A stretch of 32,000 nt of DNA, taken from positions 102,444-134,443 of the forward strand of contig NZ_JAASAE010000007.1 of assembly GCF_012726205.1 (NCBI RefSeq). The letters run 5' to 3'. The position numbers and the translations under genes are program-made. How positions within the stretch are numbered: position 1 is the first letter of the stretch; each line of letters starts with the position of its first letter. The stretch is from Rhodococcus sp. HNM0569 (GTDB lineage Bacteria > Actinomycetota > Actinomycetes > Mycobacteriales > Mycobacteriaceae). Shown piece by piece: positions 18,439 through 26,343 of this stretch. Under the pieces are notes generated by a model. It made no database searches. It saw nothing but the letters and a program-made list of their open reading frames with translations, and was not told the origin of the DNA.

Positions 18439-19457
18439 CCGCGACGCTCGAAACACTGGGCCGCAGCCGCGAACTGGTGACTCCCGCGCTCCGCGCGGCC
18501 GTCTCGCGGCTCGACCCGCACACGCGCATGGTCGTGTCGTACCACTTCGGGTGGTGCGACGAGACGGGGACGCCGCTGGCGGGCAACGGCGGCAAGGCCG
18601 TACGCCCGGGGCTCGCGATGCTCGCCGCCGAAGCGGCGGGTGGCACGCCTGCGGACGCGCTGCCGGGCGCGGTGGCCGTCGAACTGATCCACAACTTCTC
18701 GCTCGTACACGACGACCTGATGGATCGGGACACGCGGCGTCGTCACCGCACCACGGTGTGGGCACTCTGGGGCGACGCGACCGCGGTGCTCGCGGGCGAC
18801 GCGATGCTCTCGCTCGCGCACGAGGTGCTCCTCGACAGCGGTTCCGAGTTCGCCTCCGACGCGGGTTCGGTCGTCACCACCGCGACGCGCGAACTCATCC
18901 GCGGTCAGGTCCAGGACACCGCGTTCGAGCAACGCGACGACGTGTCGCTCGCGGAGTGCCTCGACATGGCGTCCGCCAAGACCGGCTCGTTGCTGGCTGC
19001 GAGCGCCGCGATCGGCGCCGTCCTCGCTGGCGCACCCACGGCCACGCGCGCCGCGCTGTCCGCCTACGGCGCGCACGTCGGCCTCGCGTTCCAGTTGGTC
19101 GACGACCTGCTCGGTATCTGGGGCCTGCCGGACGTCACCGGCAAACCCGTGTTCTCCGACCTGCGCTCACGTAAGAAGTCGCTGCCGATCACGTGGACGA
19201 TCGACAACGGCGGCGAGCACGGTCGCGAGCTCGCGGCGTGGCTGGCGGACGGCACGCGCGCCGATCGTGCCGACGACGCGGAACTGGCCGAGGTCGCGGC
19301 ACTCGTCGAGGCGGGTGGCGGCCGGGCGTGGACCGAGGCCGAGGCCAGGCGCCGCATCGACGCCGCCGACGCGGCGCTCGCGTCGGCGTCCCTCGCGTCC
19401 GAGCCGGTCGCTCACCTGAAGTCCCTGGCCCGCTTCATCGTGGAGCGCGACGCCTGA
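18435..19457 (+). CDS. Polyprenyl diphosphate synthase (short-chain trans-prenyltransferase; probably farnesyl diphosphate synthase)
   Basis: 340 aa. The first Asp-rich motif is LVHDDLMD, with Phe at position -5 (NFSLVHDD). The second motif is FQLVDDLLG. ATG 18435 overlaps the hpnE stop (ATGA). Confidence 0.85.
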   Translation: MTATLETLGRSRELVTPALRAAVSRLDPHTRMVVSYHFGWCDETGTPLAGNGGKAVRPGLAMLAAEAAGGTPADALPGAVAVELIHNFSLVHDDLMDRDTRRRHRTTVWALWGDATAVLAGDAMLSLAHEVLLDSGSEFASDAGSVVTTATRELIRGQVQDTAFEQRDDVSLAECLDMASAKTGSLLAASAAIGAVLAGAPTATRAALSAYGAHVGLAFQLVDDLLGIWGLPDVTGKPVFSDLRSRKKSLPITWTIDNGGEHGRELAAWLADGTRADRADDAELAEVAALVEAGGGRAWTEAEARRRIDAADAALASASLASEPVAHLKSLARFIVERDA

Positions 19458-19491
19458 GATATCGAGTTCGCCTACCCGACAGGAGGATTGC

Positions 19492-21396
19492 ATGACGACG
19501 ACAGCCGATCGCGCGCCCGACGACCTGGAGGCGACGCCTGCCGAGGCCGCGCTCGACCGTGCTATCACGTGGTTGCGCGGCCGTCAGGACGGCACCGGGT
19601 GGTGGAAAGGCGATCTCGACACCAACGTCACGATGGACGCCGAGGACTTGATGATGCGCGCCTTCCTCGGCATTTCGAGCCAGGAGGTCACCGAACCCGC
19701 GGCACGCTGGATCCGTTCGCAGCAACGCGAAGACGGAACATGGGCCACCTTCCACGGCGGCCCGGGCGAGATCTCGACGACCGTCGAGGCCTGGGTGGCG
19801 TTGCGGCTCGCGGGCGACGAGCCGGACGCACCGCACATGAAGGCCGCGGCCGAGTTCGTGCTCGCGAACGGCGGCATCGAGTCGACGCGCGTGTTCACGC
19901 GGATCTGGTTGTCGCTGTTCGGGTTGTGGTCGTGGGACGACTGCCCGGAGATGCCGCCCGAGATCATGTTCCTGCCCAAGTGGGCCCCGCTGAACATCTA
20001 CGACTGGGGCTGCTGGGCGCGCCAGACGATCGTGCCGCTCACGATCGTCGGCACGGTCAAGCCGGTGCGCCCGTTGCCGTTCGGCATCGACGAGTTGCGA
20101 TCCGGCCGTCCGGCGCCCGCACTCGACTCGCCCCGCACGGCGTCGGGCTTCTTCCAGCGTCTCGACAAGGTGCTGCACGGATACGCGAAGCACCCGGTCG
20201 GGCCGCTGCGCACGCTCGCGATGAAGCAGGCGACCGAGTGGATCCTCGCGCGGCAGGAAGCCGACGGCGGGTGGGGCGGCATCCAGCCGCCATGGGTGTA
20301 TTCGATTCTCGCGCTGCACCTCATGGGCTATCCGCTGGATCATCCGGCACTACGGGCGGCGCTCGACGGCCTCGAAGGCTTCGTGCTGTACGCGGACGGC
20401 CCCGAGGGCCCGACGCGGCGGCTCGAAGCGTGCCAGTCGCCCGTGTGGGACACCGCGCTGTCGGTGGCCGCGCTGCTCGACTCCGGGGTACCCGCCGACG
20501 ATCCGGCACTGCGCACCGCGACCGACTGGCTGCTGGACGAGCAGATCACGAGCGACGGCGACTGGAAGGTGCGCCGGCCCGACGTGCCGTCGGGCGGCTG
20601 GGCGTTCGAATTCGCGAACGACATCTACCCCGACACCGACGACACCGCCGAGATCGTCCTCGCGCTACGGCGCATCCGGCACTCGGATTCCGCACGGTTG
20701 GACGGCGCGCTCGAGCGCGCCGTCGCGTGGACCGCAGGCATGCAGTCGAAGGACGGCGGATGGGGCGCGTTCGACGCCGACAACACGAGCACCGTCCCGA
20801 CGAAGCTGCCCTTCTGCGATTTCGGTGCCGTGATCGATCCGCCGTCGGCCGACGTCACGGCGCACGTCGTCGAGATGCTCGCAGGCGAGGGTCCCGCGCA
20901 CGCGGGCCGGGTCGCGCGTGGTGTGACGTGGCTGCGGGACAACCAGGAACCCGACGGCTCGTGGTTCGGCCGTTGGGGCACCAACTACATCTACGGCACC
21001 GCCGCCGCGGTCCCCGCGCTCGTCGCGGCAGGCGTCGGGACCGACGACCTGTCGATCCGCCGGGCCGTGCGGTGGCTCGAAGAGCACCAGAACGACGACG
21101 GCGGGTGGGGCGAGGACATGCGCTCGTACGTCGACTCGGCGTGGTCCGGACGCGGCGAATCCACGGCGTCGCAGACCGGCTGGGCGCTCGTCGCGCTGCT
21201 CGCCGCAGGCGAGCGGTCCGCCGCCGTCGAACGCGGCATCGCGTGGCTGGTCCGGACCCAACGGCCCGACGGCCACTGGGACGAGGAGTACTTCACCGGC
21301 ACCGGATTCCCGGGCGACTTCTACATCAACTACCACCTGTACCGGCAGGTGTTCCCGATGTGGGCGCTCGGCCGATACCTCGAGGACCGCACATGA
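19492..21396 (+). CDS. shc: Squalene-hopene cyclase
   Basis: 634 aa with the catalytic DxDDTA motif (YPDTDDTAEIV) and multiple QW repeats (QDGTGWW, QREDGTW, QEADGGWGG, QSKDGGWGAF, QEPDGSWFGRWG, QNDDGGWGE, QRPDGHW). AGGAGG lies upstream of the ATG. Confidence 0.95.
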   Translation: MTTTADRAPDDLEATPAEAALDRAITWLRGRQDGTGWWKGDLDTNVTMDAEDLMMRAFLGISSQEVTEPAARWIRSQQREDGTWATFHGGPGEISTTVEAWVALRLAGDEPDAPHMKAAAEFVLANGGIESTRVFTRIWLSLFGLWSWDDCPEMPPEIMFLPKWAPLNIYDWGCWARQTIVPLTIVGTVKPVRPLPFGIDELRSGRPAPALDSPRTASGFFQRLDKVLHGYAKHPVGPLRTLAMKQATEWILARQEADGGWGGIQPPWVYSILALHLMGYPLDHPALRAALDGLEGFVLYADGPEGPTRRLEACQSPVWDTALSVAALLDSGVPADDPALRTATDWLLDEQITSDGDWKVRRPDVPSGGWAFEFANDIYPDTDDTAEIVLALRRIRHSDSARLDGALERAVAWTAGMQSKDGGWGAFDADNTSTVPTKLPFCDFGAVIDPPSADVTAHVVEMLAGEGPAHAGRVARGVTWLRDNQEPDGSWFGRWGTNYIYGTAAAVPALVAAGVGTDDLSIRRAVRWLEEHQNDDGGWGEDMRSYVDSAWSGRGESTASQTGWALVALLAAGERSAAVERGIAWLVRTQRPDGHWDEEYFTGTGFPGDFYINYHLYRQVFPMWALGRYLEDRT

Positions 21397-22877
21397 CACG
21401 CGCGGCCGCACCTCCCGGCGTCGTGTGCACACCGCTGCGCGCCGAACACTATGCGCTGCGCGGGTCGCTCGGCGCGCCGATGCAGCGCACCGGTCGCGGC
21501 CCCTCGGGGCGGTGCGATGCCGACGGGCCGATCCTCGTCGCGGGCGTCGGCGGGGCACTCGGCGCGACACTCTCTCCTGGAGAACTGCTGGTGGCGAGCG
21601 AGATTCGCACGACCGCGGGCGAGACCTACGCGAGCCACGCGGCACCGTTCGTGTACGGCGCGCTCGAGCGGCTCGGGCTCCCGGTGCGCACGGGCCCGCT
21701 GCTGTCGGCGCCCGCCGTGGTCGACGGGTCCGCACGCGTCTCCGCGGCCGAGGGCGGTGCCGTCGCCGTCGACACCGAGTCGGGTTATCTCGCGGCGCAC
21801 GCGCCCGCAGGCGGCACCGTCGCGGTCCGCGCGATCGTCGACGGGCCCGACGCGCCCCTGGTACACCCGGGCACCGCACTGCGCGGCGTCTCCGCACTGC
21901 GGACCCTGCGCGCGGCCGCCCCGGCCTTCGACCAGTGGGCCGCCGCGACCGGTGATCGAGAGGTGCTGCTCGCCTCGCCACGCTCGTTCTGTGCGGGTGT
22001 CGAACGCGCGATCGACACGGTCGAGATCGCACTCGAACGGTTCGGTGCGCCGGTCTACGTGCGTCGCCAGATCGTGCACAATGCGCATGTCGTACATGAT
22101 CTCGAAGAGCGTGGCGCGGTCTTCGTCGAAGAAGTGGACGAGATCCCGCCCGGTGCGCTGGTCGTGTTCGCCGCGCACGGCGTGTCCCCTGCCGTGCGCG
22201 CGGCCGCGGCCGAACGCGACCTGCGCGTCGTCGATGCGACGTGCCCGCTCGTCGCGAAGGTGCACACCGAGGTCAAGCGGTTCGCATCGCGTGGTTCGAC
22301 GGTGTTCCTCATCGGGCACGAGGACCACGAAGAGGTCGAGGGCACCCGCGGCGAGGCCGCCGACAATGTCGTGGTGGTCGCCGATCCGAAGGCGGCCGAG
22401 CAGGTCACCGTGCCCGATCCGGAACGCGTGTCGTACGTCATGCAGACGACACTCTCGGTCGACGAGGCCGAGGAGACGGCCGCTGTACTGCGGCAGCGCT
22501 TTCCGTCGCTGTCCGCGCCGCGGCGCGACGACATCTGCTACGCCACCACCAATCGCCAGTCGGCGATCCGCGCGGTGGCCCGCGAATCCGACCTCGTTCT
22601 CGTGCTCGGTTCGCAGAACTCCTCCAACTCGCTCCGGCTGGTGGAGGTTTCCGAGAAGTGCGGCACCCCGGCGCATCTCGTCGACGACGCGAAGTCCGTC
22701 GACCTGGCGTGGCTCGCGGGCACCGAACGGATCGGTATCACCGCGGGAGCATCCGCGCCCCCGCGGCTCGTGGACGAGCTGGTCCGGTGTTTCTCCGGGC
22801 TCGGTACGACCACCGTCCGCGAGGTCCACACGGTAGACGAAGACGTTCGATTCACAGTCCCCCGAGAGGTGAGCTGA
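21393..22877 (+). CDS. hpnG-ispH: Single-ORF fusion: HpnG-like hopanoid-associated nucleoside phosphorylase/nucleosidase domain (aa about 1-190) plus IspH/LytB 4-hydroxy-3-methylbut-2-enyl diphosphate reductase (aa about 191-494)
   Basis: ATG 21393 overlaps the shc stop (ATGA). There is no in-frame stop until 22875-22877. The N-terminal part has the PNP_UDP-like pattern (ILVAGVGG..., AVAVDTESGY). The C-terminal part starts VLLASPRSFCAGVERAIDTVE and retains all three IspH cluster cysteines (SFCAGV, DATCPLV, DDICYATTNRQ). Confidence 0.85.
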   Translation: MTRAAAPPGVVCTPLRAEHYALRGSLGAPMQRTGRGPSGRCDADGPILVAGVGGALGATLSPGELLVASEIRTTAGETYASHAAPFVYGALERLGLPVRTGPLLSAPAVVDGSARVSAAEGGAVAVDTESGYLAAHAPAGGTVAVRAIVDGPDAPLVHPGTALRGVSALRTLRAAAPAFDQWAAATGDREVLLASPRSFCAGVERAIDTVEIALERFGAPVYVRRQIVHNAHVVHDLEERGAVFVEEVDEIPPGALVVFAAHGVSPAVRAAAAERDLRVVDATCPLVAKVHTEVKRFASRGSTVFLIGHEDHEEVEGTRGEAADNVVVVADPKAAEQVTVPDPERVSYVMQTTLSVDEAEETAAVLRQRFPSLSAPRRDDICYATTNRQSAIRAVARESDLVLVLGSQNSSNSLRLVEVSEKCGTPAHLVDDAKSVDLAWLAGTERIGITAGASAPPRLVDELVRCFSGLGTTTVREVHTVDEDVRFTVPREVS

Positions 22878-22878
22878 C

Positions 22879-23883
22879 ATGGACATGCCCTGGCACCAGA
22901 CACTTCGGCTCGGCACCTACCTGTTCAAGCAGAAGATGCTGCGTCGCGAGAAGTACCCCATCATCGTCGAGCTCGAACCTCTGTTCGCGTGCAACCTCGC
23001 GTGCGCCGGCTGCGGCAAGATCGCGCACCCCGCGTCGGTCCTCAAGCAGCGCATGCCCGTCGAGCAGGCGGTCGGGGCGATCGACGAGTGCGGCGCCCCC
23101 ATGGTGTCGATCGCGGGCGGCGAACCGCTCATGCACAAGCAGATCGACGAGATCGTGCAGCGCCTGCTCGACAAGAAGAAGATCGTCTTCCTGTGCACCA
23201 ATGCCGTACTGCTGCCCAAGCATCTGCACCGGTTCACGCCGCACCGCAATTTCGCGTTCATGGTGCACATCGACGGGCTCCGGGAGCGGCACGACGCGTC
23301 CGTGTCGAAGGAAGGGGTCTTCGATCAGGCCGTCGACGCGATCAAACAGGCCCAGGCGGCGGGCTTCCGGGTCATGACGAACACGACCTTCTTCGACACC
23401 GACACTCCGCAGGACGTGATCGACGTCCTCGACTTCCTCAACGACGACCTGAAGGTCGACAACATGCAGATCTCGCCCGGCTTCGCCTACGAGAAGGCGC
23501 CCGACCAGGAGCACTGGCTCGGTGTCGAGCAGACCCGCGAGCTGTTCCGCAAGTCGTTCGCCGACGGCAGGCGCAAGAAGTGGCGGCTCAACCACTCCCC
23601 GCTGTTCCTCGACTTCCTCGAAGGCAAACGGGATTTCGACTGCACGGCGTGGGCGGTGCCGTCCTACTCGATCAAGGGCTGGCAGAAGCCCTGCTACCTG
23701 CTCGAGGACGGGTACGTCGACACCTACCGGGAGCTGATCGACGACACCGACTGGGACGCGTACGGGCGTGGCAAGGACGACCGCTGCTCGAACTGCATGG
23801 CCCACTGCGGATACGAGCCGACGGCCGTCGTCGCGACGCTCGGTTCACTGCGGGAGACCCTGCGCGCCGCGGTCTCGTCATGA
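22879..23883 (+). CDS. hpnH: Adenosylhopane synthase HpnH (radical SAM)
   Basis: 334 aa. EPLFACNLACAGCGKI carries the CxxxCxxC radical-SAM motif in the HpnH-typical N-terminal context (YLFKQKMLRREKYPIIVELEP). It starts 1 nt after the ispH stop. Confidence 0.9.
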   Translation: MDMPWHQTLRLGTYLFKQKMLRREKYPIIVELEPLFACNLACAGCGKIAHPASVLKQRMPVEQAVGAIDECGAPMVSIAGGEPLMHKQIDEIVQRLLDKKKIVFLCTNAVLLPKHLHRFTPHRNFAFMVHIDGLRERHDASVSKEGVFDQAVDAIKQAQAAGFRVMTNTTFFDTDTPQDVIDVLDFLNDDLKVDNMQISPGFAYEKAPDQEHWLGVEQTRELFRKSFADGRRKKWRLNHSPLFLDFLEGKRDFDCTAWAVPSYSIKGWQKPCYLLEDGYVDTYRELIDDTDWDAYGRGKDDRCSNCMAHCGYEPTAVVATLGSLRETLRAAVSS

Positions 23884-25715
23884 CCGCGGGCGGCCTGCTC
23901 GGCGAGCTGCGCGGCCCCGACGACCTGCGCCGCTTGCCGAGGGCCGAGCTGCCCGCCCTCGCCGACGAGATCCGGTCGGCACTCGTCGGAACAGTCGTCG
24001 ACCGCGGTGGGCATCTCGGCCCCAATCTGGGTGTCGTCGAGCTGACCATCGCGCTCCACCGCGTGTTCGAGTCGCCGCGCGACGCGATCGTGTGGGACAC
24101 GGGGCACCAGTCCTATGTGCACAAGATGCTCACCGGCCGTGCGCACCTTCTCGACCGGTTGCGTGGCGCGGAAGGCCTTTCCGGCTATCCCGCACGTGCC
24201 GAGAGCCCGCACGACCACGTCGAGAACTCGCACGCATCGGCCGCACTGTCGTACGTCGACGGCCTTGCCAAGGGGTTCCGGCTGGGCGACCCGACACGCC
24301 GCGCGGTGGCGGTGGTCGGCGACGGCGCACTCACCGGTGGAATGTGCTGGGAGGCGCTCAACAACATCGGGGTGTCGGGTTGCCCCGTGGTCGTCGTGGT
24401 CAACGACAACGGCCGTTCGTATTCACCCACGGTCGGTGCGGTCGCGGCACACCTGCGCGCATTGCGTGAAGGTACCGCCGACTCGAATCTGTTCGCCACC
24501 TTGGGCTTCGGCTATGTCGGGCCGGTCGACGGCCACGACGCAGAAGCGCTCGAAGATGCGTTCGCTGCTGCGCGCGAGCACTCCGGTCCGGTCGTCGTGC
24601 ACTGCCTCACGGTCAAGGGCGCGGGCTACCGGCCTGCCGAGAACGACGAAGCCGACTGTATGCACACCGTCCGGCCCCGGACACGCGGCACGAAGAAGGC
24701 CGCCGACCCGGCATGGACCGACGTCTTCGGTGTCGAGCTCACCGAACTCGGCGCGCACAACGAGCGTCTCGTCGCGGTCACTGCCGCGATGCTGCGTCCC
24801 ACCGGATTGTTCTCCTTCGCGCAGGCCTTCCCGGACCGCGTGTTCGACGCCGGCATCGCCGAACAGCATGCCGTCACGTCGGCGGCGGGCCTCGCGATGG
24901 CGGGACTCGACCCTGTCGTCGCGCTGTACGCGACCTTCCTCAACCGCGCGTTCGACCAGCTGTTGATGGACGTTGCGCTGCACCGGCTTCCGGTGACCTT
25001 CGTGCTCGACCGCGCCGGAATCACCGGCGTCGACGGGCCGTCTCACCACGGGATGTGGGACGTGTCGATGCTGGGCCAGATCCCGGGCATGCGCGTCGCC
25101 GCGCCTCGGGATGCGGTGCGACTGCGCAGCCTGCTCGCGGACGCCGTCGCCGAGCGACGCGGGCCGACCGCCGTGCGCTACCCGAGCGGCCGGACACCCG
25201 AGCAGATTCCGACCTACGGAACGCTGGGCTCGGCCGATCTGCTGACGCCACCCGACCCGGCACGGGAGGTGCTGATCCTTCCGGTCGGCCCACTCGCCCA
25301 CGCCGCACTCGACGCCGCCGCGCTGCTGCGCGCGGAAGGCATCCCCACCGCGGTGGCCGACCCGATGTGGATCGTGCCCGTCGATCCGGCGCTCACCCGC
25401 GCGGCGGCTCGCTTCCGGCTCGTCGTGACCGTGGAGGACAACGCCGTGCCGGGCGGCTTCGGCGACGCGCTCGCCCGTAGCCTGCGCACCCTCGGCCGCA
25501 CGACACCGCTGCTCACGCTCGGACTGGCCGACGGATTCGTCGAGGCCCGGGAACGGTCGGACGTACATCGTCTGCACGGGCTCGACGCGGCCGGACTGTG
25601 CTCGAGCATCGCCGCCCGCTACGCACGCACCCGACGCGAGCCGGACGCGTCCGCGCACGTGGCGTGGCCGGGACTGCGTCTGCCGTCGCCCGCGACCGGG
25701 TTCCCGCGCCGCTGA
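23880..25715 (+). CDS. dxs: 1-deoxy-D-xylulose-5-phosphate synthase (cluster-situated copy)
   Basis: 611 aa with the motifs GGHLGPNLGVVELT, DTGHQSYVHKMLTGR, the ThDP motif VVGDGALTGGMCWEALNN and DAGIAEQHAVT. ATG 23880 overlaps the hpnH stop (ATGA). Confidence 0.92.
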   Translation: MTAGGLLGELRGPDDLRRLPRAELPALADEIRSALVGTVVDRGGHLGPNLGVVELTIALHRVFESPRDAIVWDTGHQSYVHKMLTGRAHLLDRLRGAEGLSGYPARAESPHDHVENSHASAALSYVDGLAKGFRLGDPTRRAVAVVGDGALTGGMCWEALNNIGVSGCPVVVVVNDNGRSYSPTVGAVAAHLRALREGTADSNLFATLGFGYVGPVDGHDAEALEDAFAAAREHSGPVVVHCLTVKGAGYRPAENDEADCMHTVRPRTRGTKKAADPAWTDVFGVELTELGAHNERLVAVTAAMLRPTGLFSFAQAFPDRVFDAGIAEQHAVTSAAGLAMAGLDPVVALYATFLNRAFDQLLMDVALHRLPVTFVLDRAGITGVDGPSHHGMWDVSMLGQIPGMRVAAPRDAVRLRSLLADAVAERRGPTAVRYPSGRTPEQIPTYGTLGSADLLTPPDPAREVLILPVGPLAHAALDAAALLRAEGIPTAVADPMWIVPVDPALTRAAARFRLVVTVEDNAVPGGFGDALARSLRTLGRTTPLLTLGLADGFVEARERSDVHRLHGLDAAGLCSSIAARYARTRREPDASAHVAWPGLRLPSPATGFPRR

Positions 25716-25724
25716 GGACCCGGC

Positions 25725-26339
25725 TCAGCTCTTGCCCTGTGCTTTCGCTGCCTTCTCCTGTGCCGCCTTCGCTTTGGCGGCCTTCTTGAACTCGCGCACC
25801 TCGAGCAGCGTCGTGTCGTCGACGACGTCGGCGATCGACCGGCGCGCGCCGTCGTCTCCATAGGCACCGGCCGCCTCGCGCCAGCCGGCAGGAGAGACCC
25901 CGATCTGCTTGCCCAGCAACGCCAGGAAGATGCGCGCCTTCTGATCGCCGTATCCCGGCAATGCCTTCAGCCTCTTCAACACCTGCTTCCCGTCCGGGTC
26001 GCCGTCGGTCCAGATGCGCGACGCGTCGCCGTCGTACTCGTCGACGATCGTGCGGCACAGCGACTGGATGCGCCCGGCCATCGACCCCGGGAACCGGTGC
26101 ACCGCGGGGGGCGTCGCGCACAGCGCCGCGAACTGTTCGGGATCGGTGTCGGCGATACTCGCGGCGTCGAGTACCCCGTCACCCACGCTCATGCGCGAGG
26201 CGATCTTCTCGGGGCCGGCGAACGCGGTCTCCATCGGGACCTGCTGGTCGAGCAACATACCCAGCAAAAGCGCGAGCGGATCACGTTCGAGCAGCGCGTC
26301 CGCGGTCCGGTTTCCGGCGAGGTGCAGCGTCACAGCCAT
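25725..26339 (-). CDS. HhH-GPD-type base-excision-repair-family protein with a Lys/Ala-rich C-terminal tail
   Basis: Start at ATG 26339 (MAVTLHLAG...), preceded by GGGAGGA. It has the HhH-like segment LKALPGYGDQKARIFL and the tail KKAAKAKAAQEKAAKAQGKS. It begins 4 nt after the esterase stop. This is a family-level call. Confidence 0.65.
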   Translation of the reverse strand: MAVTLHLAGNRTADALLERDPLALLLGMLLDQQVPMETAFAGPEKIASRMSVGDGVLDAASIADTDPEQFAALCATPPAVHRFPGSMAGRIQSLCRTIVDEYDGDASRIWTDGDPDGKQVLKRLKALPGYGDQKARIFLALLGKQIGVSPAGWREAAGAYGDDGARRSIADVVDDTTLLEVREFKKAAKAKAAQEKAAKAQGKS

Positions 26340-26343
26340 GCGC

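Noticed and set aside
21951-21965. Independent ispH start at GTG 21963 (VLLASPRSFCAGV), which would make hpnG and ispH separate genes.
   Set aside because: The upstream frame has no stop codon, so the HpnG-like domain cannot terminate before IspH. The only purine-rich stretch (GAGAG) abuts the GTG with no spacer. An additional internal initiation product cannot be excluded.
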